Assembly (NCBI GenBank): GCA_964615565.1
Contig: CAZTPC010000001.1
Span: 7,353-71,352, forward strand
Direction of reading: 5' to 3'
Source: an uncultured Candidatus Saccharibacteria bacterium
Lineage (GTDB): Bacteria > Patescibacteriota > Saccharimonadia > Saccharimonadales > AWTP1-31
Length of the DNA stretch: 64,000 bases
Shown here one piece after another: positions 19,785 to 28,377 of the stretch; within the stretch, counting starts at the first letter, position 1, and the number at the start of each line of letters is the position of its first letter. The translations under genes and the position numbers were made by a program. The notes under the pieces were generated by a model, which saw nothing but the letters and a program-made list of their open reading frames with translations, had not been told where the DNA came from and did not search any database.

Positions 19785-20762
19785 ATGGCTTATGGGACAA
19801 AACGAAGGGTAGAGCACGAGCCCACTATCGAATTAATCGGAGCAAATATTGAGGCCAGCTTAAGTCCTGCAATGATGAACGACACGTTTACTATGCTTGA
19901 GATGTCGCCCCAAGAGTGGTGGTATGCCCGGTACCCGTTCAGACACATCCCCAACAGAGGAATCAGGATAGGCAGCCTAAAGGGATTATTAAACCTAAAA
20001 TCTCAACAAGGCCGCAAAGGCCTGGGTATTACTATCCCGTATAAATCTGACATACTCCAAACCGGCATAGTAACCCCGGGCGACAGTATCGTGCCTATAA
20101 CTGGCGTTACAAATACATTGATAAATAACCGTGATGGCACTTGGACAGGGTATAACACCGACGTTGTAGGAATAAAAGGAGCGCTGATGCCACATCTGCT
20201 GACTGTTGCCACTAAGCCTAGTATTGTCCTAGGTGCGGGTGCTACTGCTACATCGGCCGTTATGGCGCTGGGTGAAATGGGCGCGCCGGAGGTGAGCGTT
20301 GCTGCACGCAGAGAGAGCCAGGCAAAGGGGTTGGTCGAGAAGTTGCAGCCCCACTTTCCTGATACAAGATTAGACTCAGTAGAACTTGATACCGACCAGA
20401 ATAGCCAGCTAGCCAGGCGAGGGCTTTATGCTGGGTTAATCCTCAACACTACACCAATGGGACAGACTGGAACACAGTATGTAGGCGTTAACCCATATGG
20501 TGGTCTGTACTTGCGTGACAAAGTATTGATGGATGTTGTTTATGATCCTTTGCTCACACCATTTTTGCGTAGTGGTATCGACGATGAATGCAGGCTCGTA
20601 CATGGAATCGAGATGCTTGCACACCAAGCCTCGGAACAGTTGGCGTTATTTGCTAACGAGCCACTAATAGAAACCGAGCGACTGGTAATCGCTCGGTCTA
20701 TGCTGGCTGCCGGTTACCGTGAACGGTTATGGCGCGCTGACTCACGGAGTGAGTGGCACTAA
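19785..20762 (+). CDS. aroE: Shikimate dehydrogenase (divergent)
   Basis: SLSP, TIPYK, TNT, NTD, GAGATA, NTTPMG, DVVY and G.EML.HQA motifs. Confidence 0.85.
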   Translation: MAYGTKRRVEHEPTIELIGANIEASLSPAMMNDTFTMLEMSPQEWWYARYPFRHIPNRGIRIGSLKGLLNLKSQQGRKGLGITIPYKSDILQTGIVTPGDSIVPITGVTNTLINNRDGTWTGYNTDVVGIKGALMPHLLTVATKPSIVLGAGATATSAVMALGEMGAPEVSVAARRESQAKGLVEKLQPHFPDTRLDSVELDTDQNSQLARRGLYAGLILNTTPMGQTGTQYVGVNPYGGLYLRDKVLMDVVYDPLLTPFLRSGIDDECRLVHGIEMLAHQASEQLALFANEPLIETERLVIARSMLAAGYRERLWRADSRSEWH

Positions 20763-21407
20763 CTATTTCTTACTTGCAGTCTTAATTGCATCGTCGATAA
20801 GTTTTTTGAACTCGTCGAGAGTACCTGGATTCTTAATCTTTTTGCCTTGTAGGAAGAAAGTTGGAGTCGAGTTAATTCCCAGCTTTACGCCTTCGTTGTA
20901 ATCTGCGCTGATAATGCCATTTACTTCTTCACTTGCAAAGTCGGTATCGAACTTAGCGGTGTTAAGGCCAAGTTGTTTTGCATAACCCTGGAAGATTGCC
21001 TTGGCTGTGTTACTTTCCGTCCAAGCGTTCTGTTGTTCGTACAATAGGTTGTGCATCTCCCAGTACTTGCCTTGCTTGGCAGCTGCTTCTGCAGCCCGGG
21101 CACCAGCACGAGCATTAGGGTGAATAGTCTGCAGAGGGAAGTTGCGGAACTGGAACTGGATATCGTTCTGATATTCCTCTACTAATTGCTTAACAATTGG
21201 GTGGTACTGACCACAAGCAGGACATTGAAAGTCGCCATACTCGACTAGTGTTACCTTCTTAGAGTTCTTGCCGGTCACATTATTACTTAATGTAGCTTTT
21301 GAGTTGGTGGTGGTGTTTGTGTTGGAATCTTTCTTGGATGTCACCGCGAAAATGCCGAACAGGGCAATCAAACACGCGACGACAATTGCGACGAATTGTT
21401 TACTCAT
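20763..21407 (-). CDS. DsbA family thiol-disulfide oxidoreductase, membrane-anchored
   Basis: EYGDFQCPAC, FPL..IH and STPTFF motifs; N-terminal TM. Confidence 0.92.
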   Translation of the reverse strand: MSKQFVAIVVACLIALFGIFAVTSKKDSNTNTTTNSKATLSNNVTGKNSKKVTLVEYGDFQCPACGQYHPIVKQLVEEYQNDIQFQFRNFPLQTIHPNARAGARAAEAAAKQGKYWEMHNLLYEQQNAWTESNTAKAIFQGYAKQLGLNTAKFDTDFASEEVNGIISADYNEGVKLGINSTPTFFLQGKKIKNPGTLDEFKKLIDDAIKTASKK

Positions 21408-21462
21408 AGTTCTCTTATAGTACAGGCTTAGACCACTCCAGTCGAGCTGCTATACTGAGGGC

Positions 21463-22563
21463 ATGATTCTGTTTATTCTAGTGCTTTTACTGGCTGCACT
21501 AACGCTAGTAAGTGTCTCTATCCAAAAGACCTACAGTAAAACACCGCTCAAAGAACTCAAACGCCGAGCAAACAAGGGTGATGAGGTGGCCAAGGTTCTG
21601 CATTCTGCCGTATCGTACGGCGCTAGCCTAGAGCTATTGTTATGGATAATCATCGGGCTCAGCGCTGCTGGATTCTTTGTTGCACTTACCAGTAGTTTGC
21701 CCTCATGGTTGGCTATTTTCGGTTGTGCGGCACTACTATGGGTTGGCTTCGCCTGGTTACCAACGTCGGAAGTCTCAGGGCTAAGCCAAAAGGCAGCCCA
21801 ATGGCTAGCGCCAGGGCTAGCTTGGTTGCTTTCGAAGCTCTACCCAGTACTTAACAAAGCGAGTAACTTCGCTCAGAATCACCGACGCATCTCAGTTCAT
21901 AGTGGTTTGTACCAAAAAGAAGATCTAGTAGAGCTACTCGATCGTCAGCAGAAACAGCCAGACAATCGCATGACTTCAGCTGAGTTGGCTGTGGTAAAGG
22001 GCGCATTGACGTACAGCGACAAGATAATCCGTGACATCATGACACCCAAAAGAGTGGTCAAGACAGTTAAGCAAGATGATTCTGTCGGGCCGCTACTACT
22101 AGATGAGCTTCACAAGAGTGGTTTCTCAAGGTTTCCAGTTGTGGGTGAAAAACCGGACGAGCTAATCGGCGTGCTTCACTTACGTGACCTTGTGAATGCC
22201 AAAGATGGTGGGCACGTAAAGTCATTTATGAAGAAGCCAGTCTATTATGTGAACGAAGAAAAACCACTGCAACATGCTTTACAGGCGTTCCTTCGAACCA
22301 AACGGCACCTTTTTGTGGTAGTTAACAGCTTTGAGGAAATGGTCGGCATTATTACCATCGAGGATGTTCTGGAGCAAATCCTAGGTAAGCAAATCGTCGA
22401 TGAGTTTGATAAGTACGAAGACCTCCGTGCAGTAGCGGCACTACAGGCAGCCAAAGAAGCCAAGAGTCATGCACATGCCCCTGAAGACAGTGAGACGGTA
22501 GAATCTGCGCCAGCCGAATCTCCAAAGGAAGAGCCGGCAGAACCTGCTGAATCGAAGTCTTAG
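21463..22563 (+). CDS. CNNM/CorC-like CBS-domain membrane protein
   Basis: N-terminal TMs; DIMTP, GFSRFPV and GIITIEDVLEQILG..I.DEFD. Confidence 0.9.
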   Translation: MILFILVLLLAALTLVSVSIQKTYSKTPLKELKRRANKGDEVAKVLHSAVSYGASLELLLWIIIGLSAAGFFVALTSSLPSWLAIFGCAALLWVGFAWLPTSEVSGLSQKAAQWLAPGLAWLLSKLYPVLNKASNFAQNHRRISVHSGLYQKEDLVELLDRQQKQPDNRMTSAELAVVKGALTYSDKIIRDIMTPKRVVKTVKQDDSVGPLLLDELHKSGFSRFPVVGEKPDELIGVLHLRDLVNAKDGGHVKSFMKKPVYYVNEEKPLQHALQAFLRTKRHLFVVVNSFEEMVGIITIEDVLEQILGKQIVDEFDKYEDLRAVAALQAAKEAKSHAHAPEDSETVESAPAESPKEEPAEPAESKS

Positions 22564-22596
22564 TAAAAACTGAGTAAATATAGTATAGTATTGTTA

Positions 22597-22674
22597 ATGA
22601 AAACAGTTACCTACTGCGTAGATAATAATAACCGGGTCGATCAGTCAGCGACTCCGGCGCGTTTGACTGTATAA
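22597..22674 (+). promoter_or_regulatory. Putative Asp/Asn-rich leader peptide (25 aa) of aspS
   Basis: MKTVTYCVDNNNRVDQSATPARLTV; ATG 7 nt after TATAGT; overlaps alternative hairpins. Confidence 0.55.
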
Positions 22675-22751
22675 ACGACCCTGCATAAGCCTACATCACT
22701 AAATAGCTATAGTGCCGACACTTCGGCCGTAGATGATACACTAGGAAACAT

Positions 22752-24074
22752 ATGAGAACATTAGCAAAAGACGTCGCTACTTGCGGCGAAAAAGAAGTAA
22801 CAATTCAAGGGTGGATTCACAAAAAGCGACTGCTTGGCGGACTAAACTTTATTAACATCCGCGACCGCAGTGGTCTAACACAGGTGTTAGTGGAGAAGGG
22901 CGACGAAGTTGAAAAGCTTCGTGGCATGCAAATTGGCACCGTTGTCGAAATAAAAGGAACAGTTTTTGCAGACGAGCGTGCTCCTGGTGGAGCAGAGCTT
23001 CATGACCCAGAAATAACCATTATTGCTCCAGTGAGCGATGAACCTCCAATCGAAATCGACAAGCCGCTTAGCCACAAGAGTGAGCATTTAGACACACTAC
23101 TAGACAACCGACCAATAGGGCTGCGTAACCTACAGGAAACGGCTTTATTTAGAACACAGTCGAACGTTGGTAAGGCTATCCGCGAATACTTTGAACAGAA
23201 CGAATTCACAGAAATGCACACTCCAAAGTTACTAGCAGAGGCTACCGAAGGCGGGACGGAAGTATTCAAGCTCGACTACTTTGGGAAGGAAGCAACATTG
23301 GCCCAGAGCCCGCAGTTCTATAAGCAAATGATGGTCGGTGTATTCGAGCGGGTGTACGAGATTGCGCCAGTATACCGAGCCGAGCCAAGTGCGACTACGC
23401 GCCACATGACCGAATATGTTAGTGTCGATGCCGAGATGGGCTTTATCACATTTGAAGACCTCCTCAACTTTGGTGGTGGGCTCCTGATTCACGTTGTCGA
23501 GAGTACCTGGGAAAACAGCCAGCAAGCCTTCAAGATGTGGAATGTCCCTAAGGTTGAGCTGCCAGCTACTCCGGAAGAGATTCCTAGAATCACTATCGAT
23601 GAGATTCACGAGATGTTCCTAAAAGCCACCAAAGAAGATCACACCGGCGAGGATGATCTAGCACCAGCCGAAGAGAAGTGGATTTGTGAATGGGCAAAGA
23701 AAAACAAAGGCACCGATGCAGTGTTCGTTGTTGGATGGAGTGCTAACAGTAAAACCTTTAAGTTTTATCACAAAGCCGATCCGCAGAACCCAGAGATTGC
23801 CGAACGAGCCGACCTACTATTCCGTGGTGTCGAGATCGCTACACTTAGTATGCGTGAGAACAACTACCAAATGTTGGTTGAGCAGATGCACAAAAAAGGC
23901 GCAGATCCAGAACATCCTGGTTTTGCTTCATACGTAAGTGCCTTTAAATACGGTATGCCACCCCACGGTGGTTTTGGCCTAGGTCTTGAAAGACTTGTCG
24001 AAAAACTTTTCAAGCTGGACAACATCAAGGAAGCAACACTCTTCCCACGTGACATTAACCGATTGGCTCCGTAG
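22752..24074 (+). CDS. aspS: Non-discriminating (archaeal-type) aspartate--tRNA(Asp/Asn) ligase
   Basis: OB-fold RDRSG, LAQSPQFYKQ, YRAE..RH..E and MPPHGGFGLGLERL motifs; 440 aa with no GAD insert. Confidence 0.93.
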   Translation: MRTLAKDVATCGEKEVTIQGWIHKKRLLGGLNFINIRDRSGLTQVLVEKGDEVEKLRGMQIGTVVEIKGTVFADERAPGGAELHDPEITIIAPVSDEPPIEIDKPLSHKSEHLDTLLDNRPIGLRNLQETALFRTQSNVGKAIREYFEQNEFTEMHTPKLLAEATEGGTEVFKLDYFGKEATLAQSPQFYKQMMVGVFERVYEIAPVYRAEPSATTRHMTEYVSVDAEMGFITFEDLLNFGGGLLIHVVESTWENSQQAFKMWNVPKVELPATPEEIPRITIDEIHEMFLKATKEDHTGEDDLAPAEEKWICEWAKKNKGTDAVFVVGWSANSKTFKFYHKADPQNPEIAERADLLFRGVEIATLSMRENNYQMLVEQMHKKGADPEHPGFASYVSAFKYGMPPHGGFGLGLERLVEKLFKLDNIKEATLFPRDINRLAP

Positions 24075-24087
24075 TAATAAGCAGCCA

Positions 24088-24756
24088 CTAAACGGCCGCA
24101 TACGGAGGTACGATTACAATCGGTGTAGGCTCAGTCTCGGACGGTGGTTGCATAATAAACGAGTTCTTCACGTACTCGTAGGTCATTTGTCTACCGAGAA
24201 TTAATGGGCGCAAACGGTCATTAACTGGGTCATCAATACCTTTGGGTGAAAACTGCTCGCCGACAGCTGCAAGAACTTGGTCGTGCCGGCGTACAACAAA
24301 CAAGCCTAGCGGTGGAGAAAACCCTCGTTTGATTACGCCGCACATTCGCTGAGCGAATACTCCCTGTTTGAGGTGGTTTGCATCTAGAGAAGCATTGAAC
24401 CAAGTGTAGTATGAGTTAGAGGAAATAAGTGTTGGACGGACGCTTATGGATGAAAGTGTCCCATGACCTATAAGGTGTACATCGCTAATATCGGGATCAC
24501 GAATAACTTGGTTAATATCGTTAAAGCGAGCATCTAGGCCAACAGTTACATTTCTGCCGATCATTCTGAGGCGGTCAGCAAGTGCGAGTGCCTCATCTCG
24601 AAATTCTTCACGCTCGAATTCACGACCAGGATCGGTGTAGTACGATGCCAGGATAGCAACTGTGCCCTCAAGCGCCGGTCGACTAAATGATTCATCTGTT
24701 CGGAGTTGCTCCCAACGACGGGTTGCGGCTCCGAACTGGGCTTTATCGTCTGCCAT
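24088..24756 (-). CDS. Hypothetical protein, possible caspase/CHAT-like fold
   Basis: DVHLIGHG and downstream QRMCG. Confidence 0.55.
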   Translation of the reverse strand: MADDKAQFGAATRRWEQLRTDESFSRPALEGTVAILASYYTDPGREFEREEFRDEALALADRLRMIGRNVTVGLDARFNDINQVIRDPDISDVHLIGHGTLSSISVRPTLISSNSYYTWFNASLDANHLKQGVFAQRMCGVIKRGFSPPLGLFVVRRHDQVLAAVGEQFSPKGIDDPVNDRLRPLILGRQMTYEYVKNSFIMQPPSETEPTPIVIVPPYAAV

Positions 24757-24767
24757 ATTTTTAGTGT

Positions 24768-25499
24768 TTAGGCCTGGTGTCGCGCCCTGTAAGCTTGTAC
24801 TAAAGCCTCGGCTTCTAGGTAGTCAAGCTGGCCGACAACCAATGGGCGACCCTCGCTTTGCAGTATAGGGCTTATGTACACGGCAGGTCGACCTCTTCTG
24901 ATAGCTTCTTCTCGGGTGACCTTACCATGAGGTCCCATACCCATGATTATTGTGTTGGCTCGTGCGCGGTTTGCATAGTCGATGATCGATCCTGCGGTCC
25001 TGCGAACATTCGCCATAATTGCTACCTTTGCATAGTCGGCTTCTTGGTGATCGAGTGCGATGCTCGTGATCCCATCGATCCCTTCTACATCTGCACCCAT
25101 ATTTTCGAAGTCGTGAAAGGAACTAACGGTAACGAGTCCAGATTTTCGAACATGTGCTATAAGGTCTCTAGATCCGGCGGTGAGTGTTTCTGTGTCAATG
25201 CCATCAACGTGCGGCATAACTGCTTCGACCGCCACGAGTTTTTCTTCGGGAGATCCGTCCCACTTTCCATTCTCTGTTGTCGATCTGAGTGTAAACAATA
25301 CCCCTAAGTGTTCGGCAACCTTCGCGGCTTGTTCGGCCAAGTACTCTGGGTCTTGCGACGGAAGTAGGTCTCCGCGGAGCTCGGCTGCCTCGGCATAGGC
25401 GGCAAAGTCGGCGATGGCAGTAATTTGTTCCTCGCTTGAAATAGTGATAATTCGGGCAGTTTGGTCGGCTTTTAGGGCCTCGTGTAATCGGTTAGGCAT
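24768..25499 (-). CDS. aroD: Type I 3-dehydroquinate dehydratase (divergent)
   Basis: ELRGD, FTLRS..E.G, IDTE, SFHDF, ADYAKVA, MGMG..G..TR and GQL motifs. Confidence 0.8.
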   Translation of the reverse strand: MPNRLHEALKADQTARIITISSEEQITAIADFAAYAEAAELRGDLLPSQDPEYLAEQAAKVAEHLGVLFTLRSTTENGKWDGSPEEKLVAVEAVMPHVDGIDTETLTAGSRDLIAHVRKSGLVTVSSFHDFENMGADVEGIDGITSIALDHQEADYAKVAIMANVRRTAGSIIDYANRARANTIIMGMGPHGKVTREEAIRRGRPAVYISPILQSEGRPLVVGQLDYLEAEALVQAYRARHQA

Positions 25500-25560
25500 A
25501 CAAGTATTGTACGCAGTCATTTTTTGGAGACAAGCATAAGCATTGGTATACTGGTGCCAG

Positions 25561-26766
25561 ATGGGGAAAACAAAAAAGTTAAAACGAAGTTTATCACTCC
25601 CGATCGTCGCTCTATATGGGCTGGGTAATATCCTTGGAGCAGGTATTTACGTGTTGGTTGGTAAGGTCGCGGCCAGTGCTGGTCATTCCACAACACTCGC
25701 ATTTATTATTGCCATGATCGTTGCCGGACTAACGGCATTCTCGTACATGGAGCTCGCCGGCCGTTTTCCGGTTAGCGCTAGTGTGTCAGTGTATCTACAC
25801 AAAGCCTTTGGCAAACGTTGGTTATCAGTCTTGATCGGCCTGGCCATGGTTGCTGGCGGTATTGCATCTGCAGCAGCACTGTCCCAAGGTTTTGCCGGAT
25901 ATGTAGAGGCGTTTGTGACTGTTCCAAAGGCTGTGGCTAGTGTCGCGTTGCTTATCGTCCTAGGGCTGCTAGCCATTAAGGGAGTGGGTGAATCTGCTAA
26001 GGTAGCCGGGTTCTTTACTCTGATTGAGATTACTGGTCTGCTGCTTATTATCTGGGCGGGCCGTCACGTAATTGGCACTGTTACCGTAAATGACGTGGTT
26101 GGTATTGATCCAGCTGTTGGGTTTAGTGGTGTCGCAGCAGGTGCATTCCTAGCGTTTTATGCGTTTATTGGGTTTGAGGACATGGTGAACGTCGCCGAAG
26201 AAGCCAAGAACCCGCGCCGAACCATGCCATTAGCTATTCTCTTTTCACTTATTGCGTCTACTATTCTGTACCTATTAGTCGTGATGGTTTCGACTAAGGT
26301 TGTGTCACCATCTGCGCTTGCTGGTAGTGATGCACCGTTAAGCCTGGTGTACGAGAAGAGTGGGGCAAGCCATGGGATAATCCTATCGGTCATTGGTATT
26401 ACTGCAGCAGTTAACGGTGTAGTTGTACAGATTATTATGGGATCCCGAATCTTGTATGGTCTTGCTAAGCAAGGTTGGCTCAAGGCTGAACTTGCCGAGG
26501 TTGATGGCCACACCAAAACACCAGTTATTGCCACGTTGGTTGTGGTTGGCTTGATGATTGCCGCGACTCTTCTGCTGCCACTTGTGTCACTTGCCAAGGC
26601 CACTAGCTTATTAATCCTCAGTATTTTTGCCATGGTCAACGCTGCGCTGTACGTGATCAAAAAGAAACACAAGAAGCACGATGGCTATGTAACGGTACCG
26701 CGAGCCATCCCAGCGCTTGGCGCACTATCTGCCACCGGCTTAGTGTTGTACCAAATAATCCAATAG
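25561..26766 (+). CDS. APC family amino acid permease
   Basis: GNILGAGIY and FYAFIGFE...AEE.KNP motifs; about 12 TMs. Confidence 0.92.
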   Translation: MGKTKKLKRSLSLPIVALYGLGNILGAGIYVLVGKVAASAGHSTTLAFIIAMIVAGLTAFSYMELAGRFPVSASVSVYLHKAFGKRWLSVLIGLAMVAGGIASAAALSQGFAGYVEAFVTVPKAVASVALLIVLGLLAIKGVGESAKVAGFFTLIEITGLLLIIWAGRHVIGTVTVNDVVGIDPAVGFSGVAAGAFLAFYAFIGFEDMVNVAEEAKNPRRTMPLAILFSLIASTILYLLVVMVSTKVVSPSALAGSDAPLSLVYEKSGASHGIILSVIGITAAVNGVVVQIIMGSRILYGLAKQGWLKAELAEVDGHTKTPVIATLVVVGLMIAATLLLPLVSLAKATSLLILSIFAMVNAALYVIKKKHKKHDGYVTVPRAIPALGALSATGLVLYQIIQ

Positions 26767-26988
26767 TTTTACAGGGTTAGCTGTTCGCGACCATTGACGA
26801 AAAGCAGTATAATATATGCAGGAGTTTTAACACGAACTCTGCCCGCAAGTTAGCATCAAGTGACTATGGCGAGCACCGAAACGGCCCTTGCCCAAATACG
26901 CAGTATGCATATAGAGCGCCCCTGATGTAGCTAAGCAATCGCAGACTAAGGCGATAAGTTACAGCGACCTACAGGAGGCGCTTTTAGA

Positions 26989-27294
26989 ATGGAAAAAATT
27001 GGTGAACGTGGCCGCATGATGCCACGAGTATTTGCAGTAGTTGCTTTAGGTCTAAGTGCACTAGCACTCACAGGTTGCCCTGGCGGTCAGACTACCGTGC
27101 CTACGACAGAACAAGTAACCGATAATATGAAGGTGTTTGAATACCCAGATGTACTGGCCGCAAACGGTGAACCTCTACGTTGTGTGCTATATGGCTCACA
27201 GAGTGAACACACAAATGTTTCAAAGTCGTGGTTTGGATTTAGTTGCGACTTTACTGGTGAGGCAACATTCCCTGGCGAAGTTGCCAGCAAGTAA
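26989..27294 (+). CDS. Putative small lipoprotein
   Basis: Signal peptide with LALTGC lipobox; AGGAGG upstream; terminator downstream. Confidence 0.65.
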   Translation: MEKIGERGRMMPRVFAVVALGLSALALTGCPGGQTTVPTTEQVTDNMKVFEYPDVLAANGEPLRCVLYGSQSEHTNVSKSWFGFSCDFTGEATFPGEVASK

Positions 27295-27315
27295 CAAGTA
27301 GTAGTGGCGAATAGC

Positions 27316-27349
27316 GAACGGGCGCCCCAAAGGTGCCCGTTTTGTTCTT
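27316..27349 (+). terminator. Intrinsic terminator
   Basis: AACGGGCGCC-CCAAA-GGTGCCCGTT followed by a T-rich tract. Confidence 0.75.
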
Positions 27350-27405
27350 CGTTGACATAAGCGGTATACTGTAGTTACTAGGTAAAAATAAAAATACAAA
27401 AAAAT

Positions 27406-27717
27406 ATGAGCCTACTATCAGATCTAGCTTTAGCCTATGAAACCTTAGCCGATGACCCCATTGATATGGGTATCCATTATGGTAAGTCTATACTCAAGGC
27501 CTTATCTGGCGCCCCAAAACAGGCAGAGGCAAAGCTTCGCAGTAGTCTACCAAAACCAGCAGTTCGCTCAAATATTGCTGTTCGCAGTCGAATGGTTTCT
27601 AGGTCTCAGCCCGTTGCCGAACGCCGAGACTTCTCGGCGGCATACAGTATTCGCCCACGCCAGAGTGAAGTAGTAACCCGACAATCCCAAGAGCGAGCCA
27701 TGGTCGGCGCCCTCTAG
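27406..27717 (+). CDS. Hypothetical protein
   Basis: 103-aa ORF after an A-rich leader. Confidence 0.45.
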   Translation: MSLLSDLALAYETLADDPIDMGIHYGKSILKALSGAPKQAEAKLRSSLPKPAVRSNIAVRSRMVSRSQPVAERRDFSAAYSIRPRQSEVVTRQSQERAMVGAL

Positions 27718-27755
27718 ACTATTGTAAAATACTCTAAAAGTTGTAGAATAATCTC

Positions 27756-28319
27756 ATGATTTTTCGTGGTGAAGGTGATCCATTTATGCTCGTTCCAGAG
27801 TCTCTGGATAATGTACGCGCGCTGGTGGTCCGACCCATGGAAACAGCAATGCAGGGCCTGCAGTATCTTGAACACTTTGGTTTAACCCATGAGCCCGATT
27901 GGGCTGCTCGGGTCCAGAAATCGCAGTGGTTTTGGCCAATGGTCGTAGGTCTTGGGTTCGGAGTGCGGATGTCGCTAGAGTTGCTAGAAGGTAATGCCCC
28001 AGACGCAGATATTAGTGGCGATTTTCGACTCTATGACGAACGCCTGAGCAAGTCAGATGGGTCTCACTTTGCCGGGTATGAACTCGCAGATATTGTGCCC
28101 AATGCACACCAGGTAGCAGGTCGGGTCTTTGACCCAAATGTCTTACGCGCAATCACATTATATGCCTTGCCACAGTTTAACTTTAGGCCAGAACACGAGC
28201 GAATGCTGCTAGCTTCTATGGTGCATGGACATGGTTGGGTACGAGAAGCTTTTGAGTTATGGGAATTTAATCATCCAGTAGAAACTGCAGAAAGAATAGC
28301 CACTCTTAATAACAGATAA
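27756..28319 (+). CDS. Hypothetical protein
   Basis: 187-aa ORF, ATG 6 nt after TAGAAT. Confidence 0.6.
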   Translation: MIFRGEGDPFMLVPESLDNVRALVVRPMETAMQGLQYLEHFGLTHEPDWAARVQKSQWFWPMVVGLGFGVRMSLELLEGNAPDADISGDFRLYDERLSKSDGSHFAGYELADIVPNAHQVAGRVFDPNVLRAITLYALPQFNFRPEHERMLLASMVHGHGWVREAFELWEFNHPVETAERIATLNNR

Positions 28320-28377
28320 CTAATAGTGTTGGCAGCCTATCTGGACGTCTTAGGTCGTACTAAAGTACTATAAGCAT

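Noticed and set aside
22564-22751. T-box leader upstream of aspS
   Set aside because: No GGTGGNACC T-box sequence and no terminator; the leader-peptide reading fits better.
26920-26980. TPP riboswitch, c-di-GMP-I riboswitch or hammerhead ribozyme in the lipoprotein leader
   Set aside because: CCTGAT...AGCG and CTAAG are suggestive, but CTGAGA (TPP), GGCAAAC/GACGCAAAG (c-di-GMP-I) and an intact CTGATGA-GAAA core are absent.
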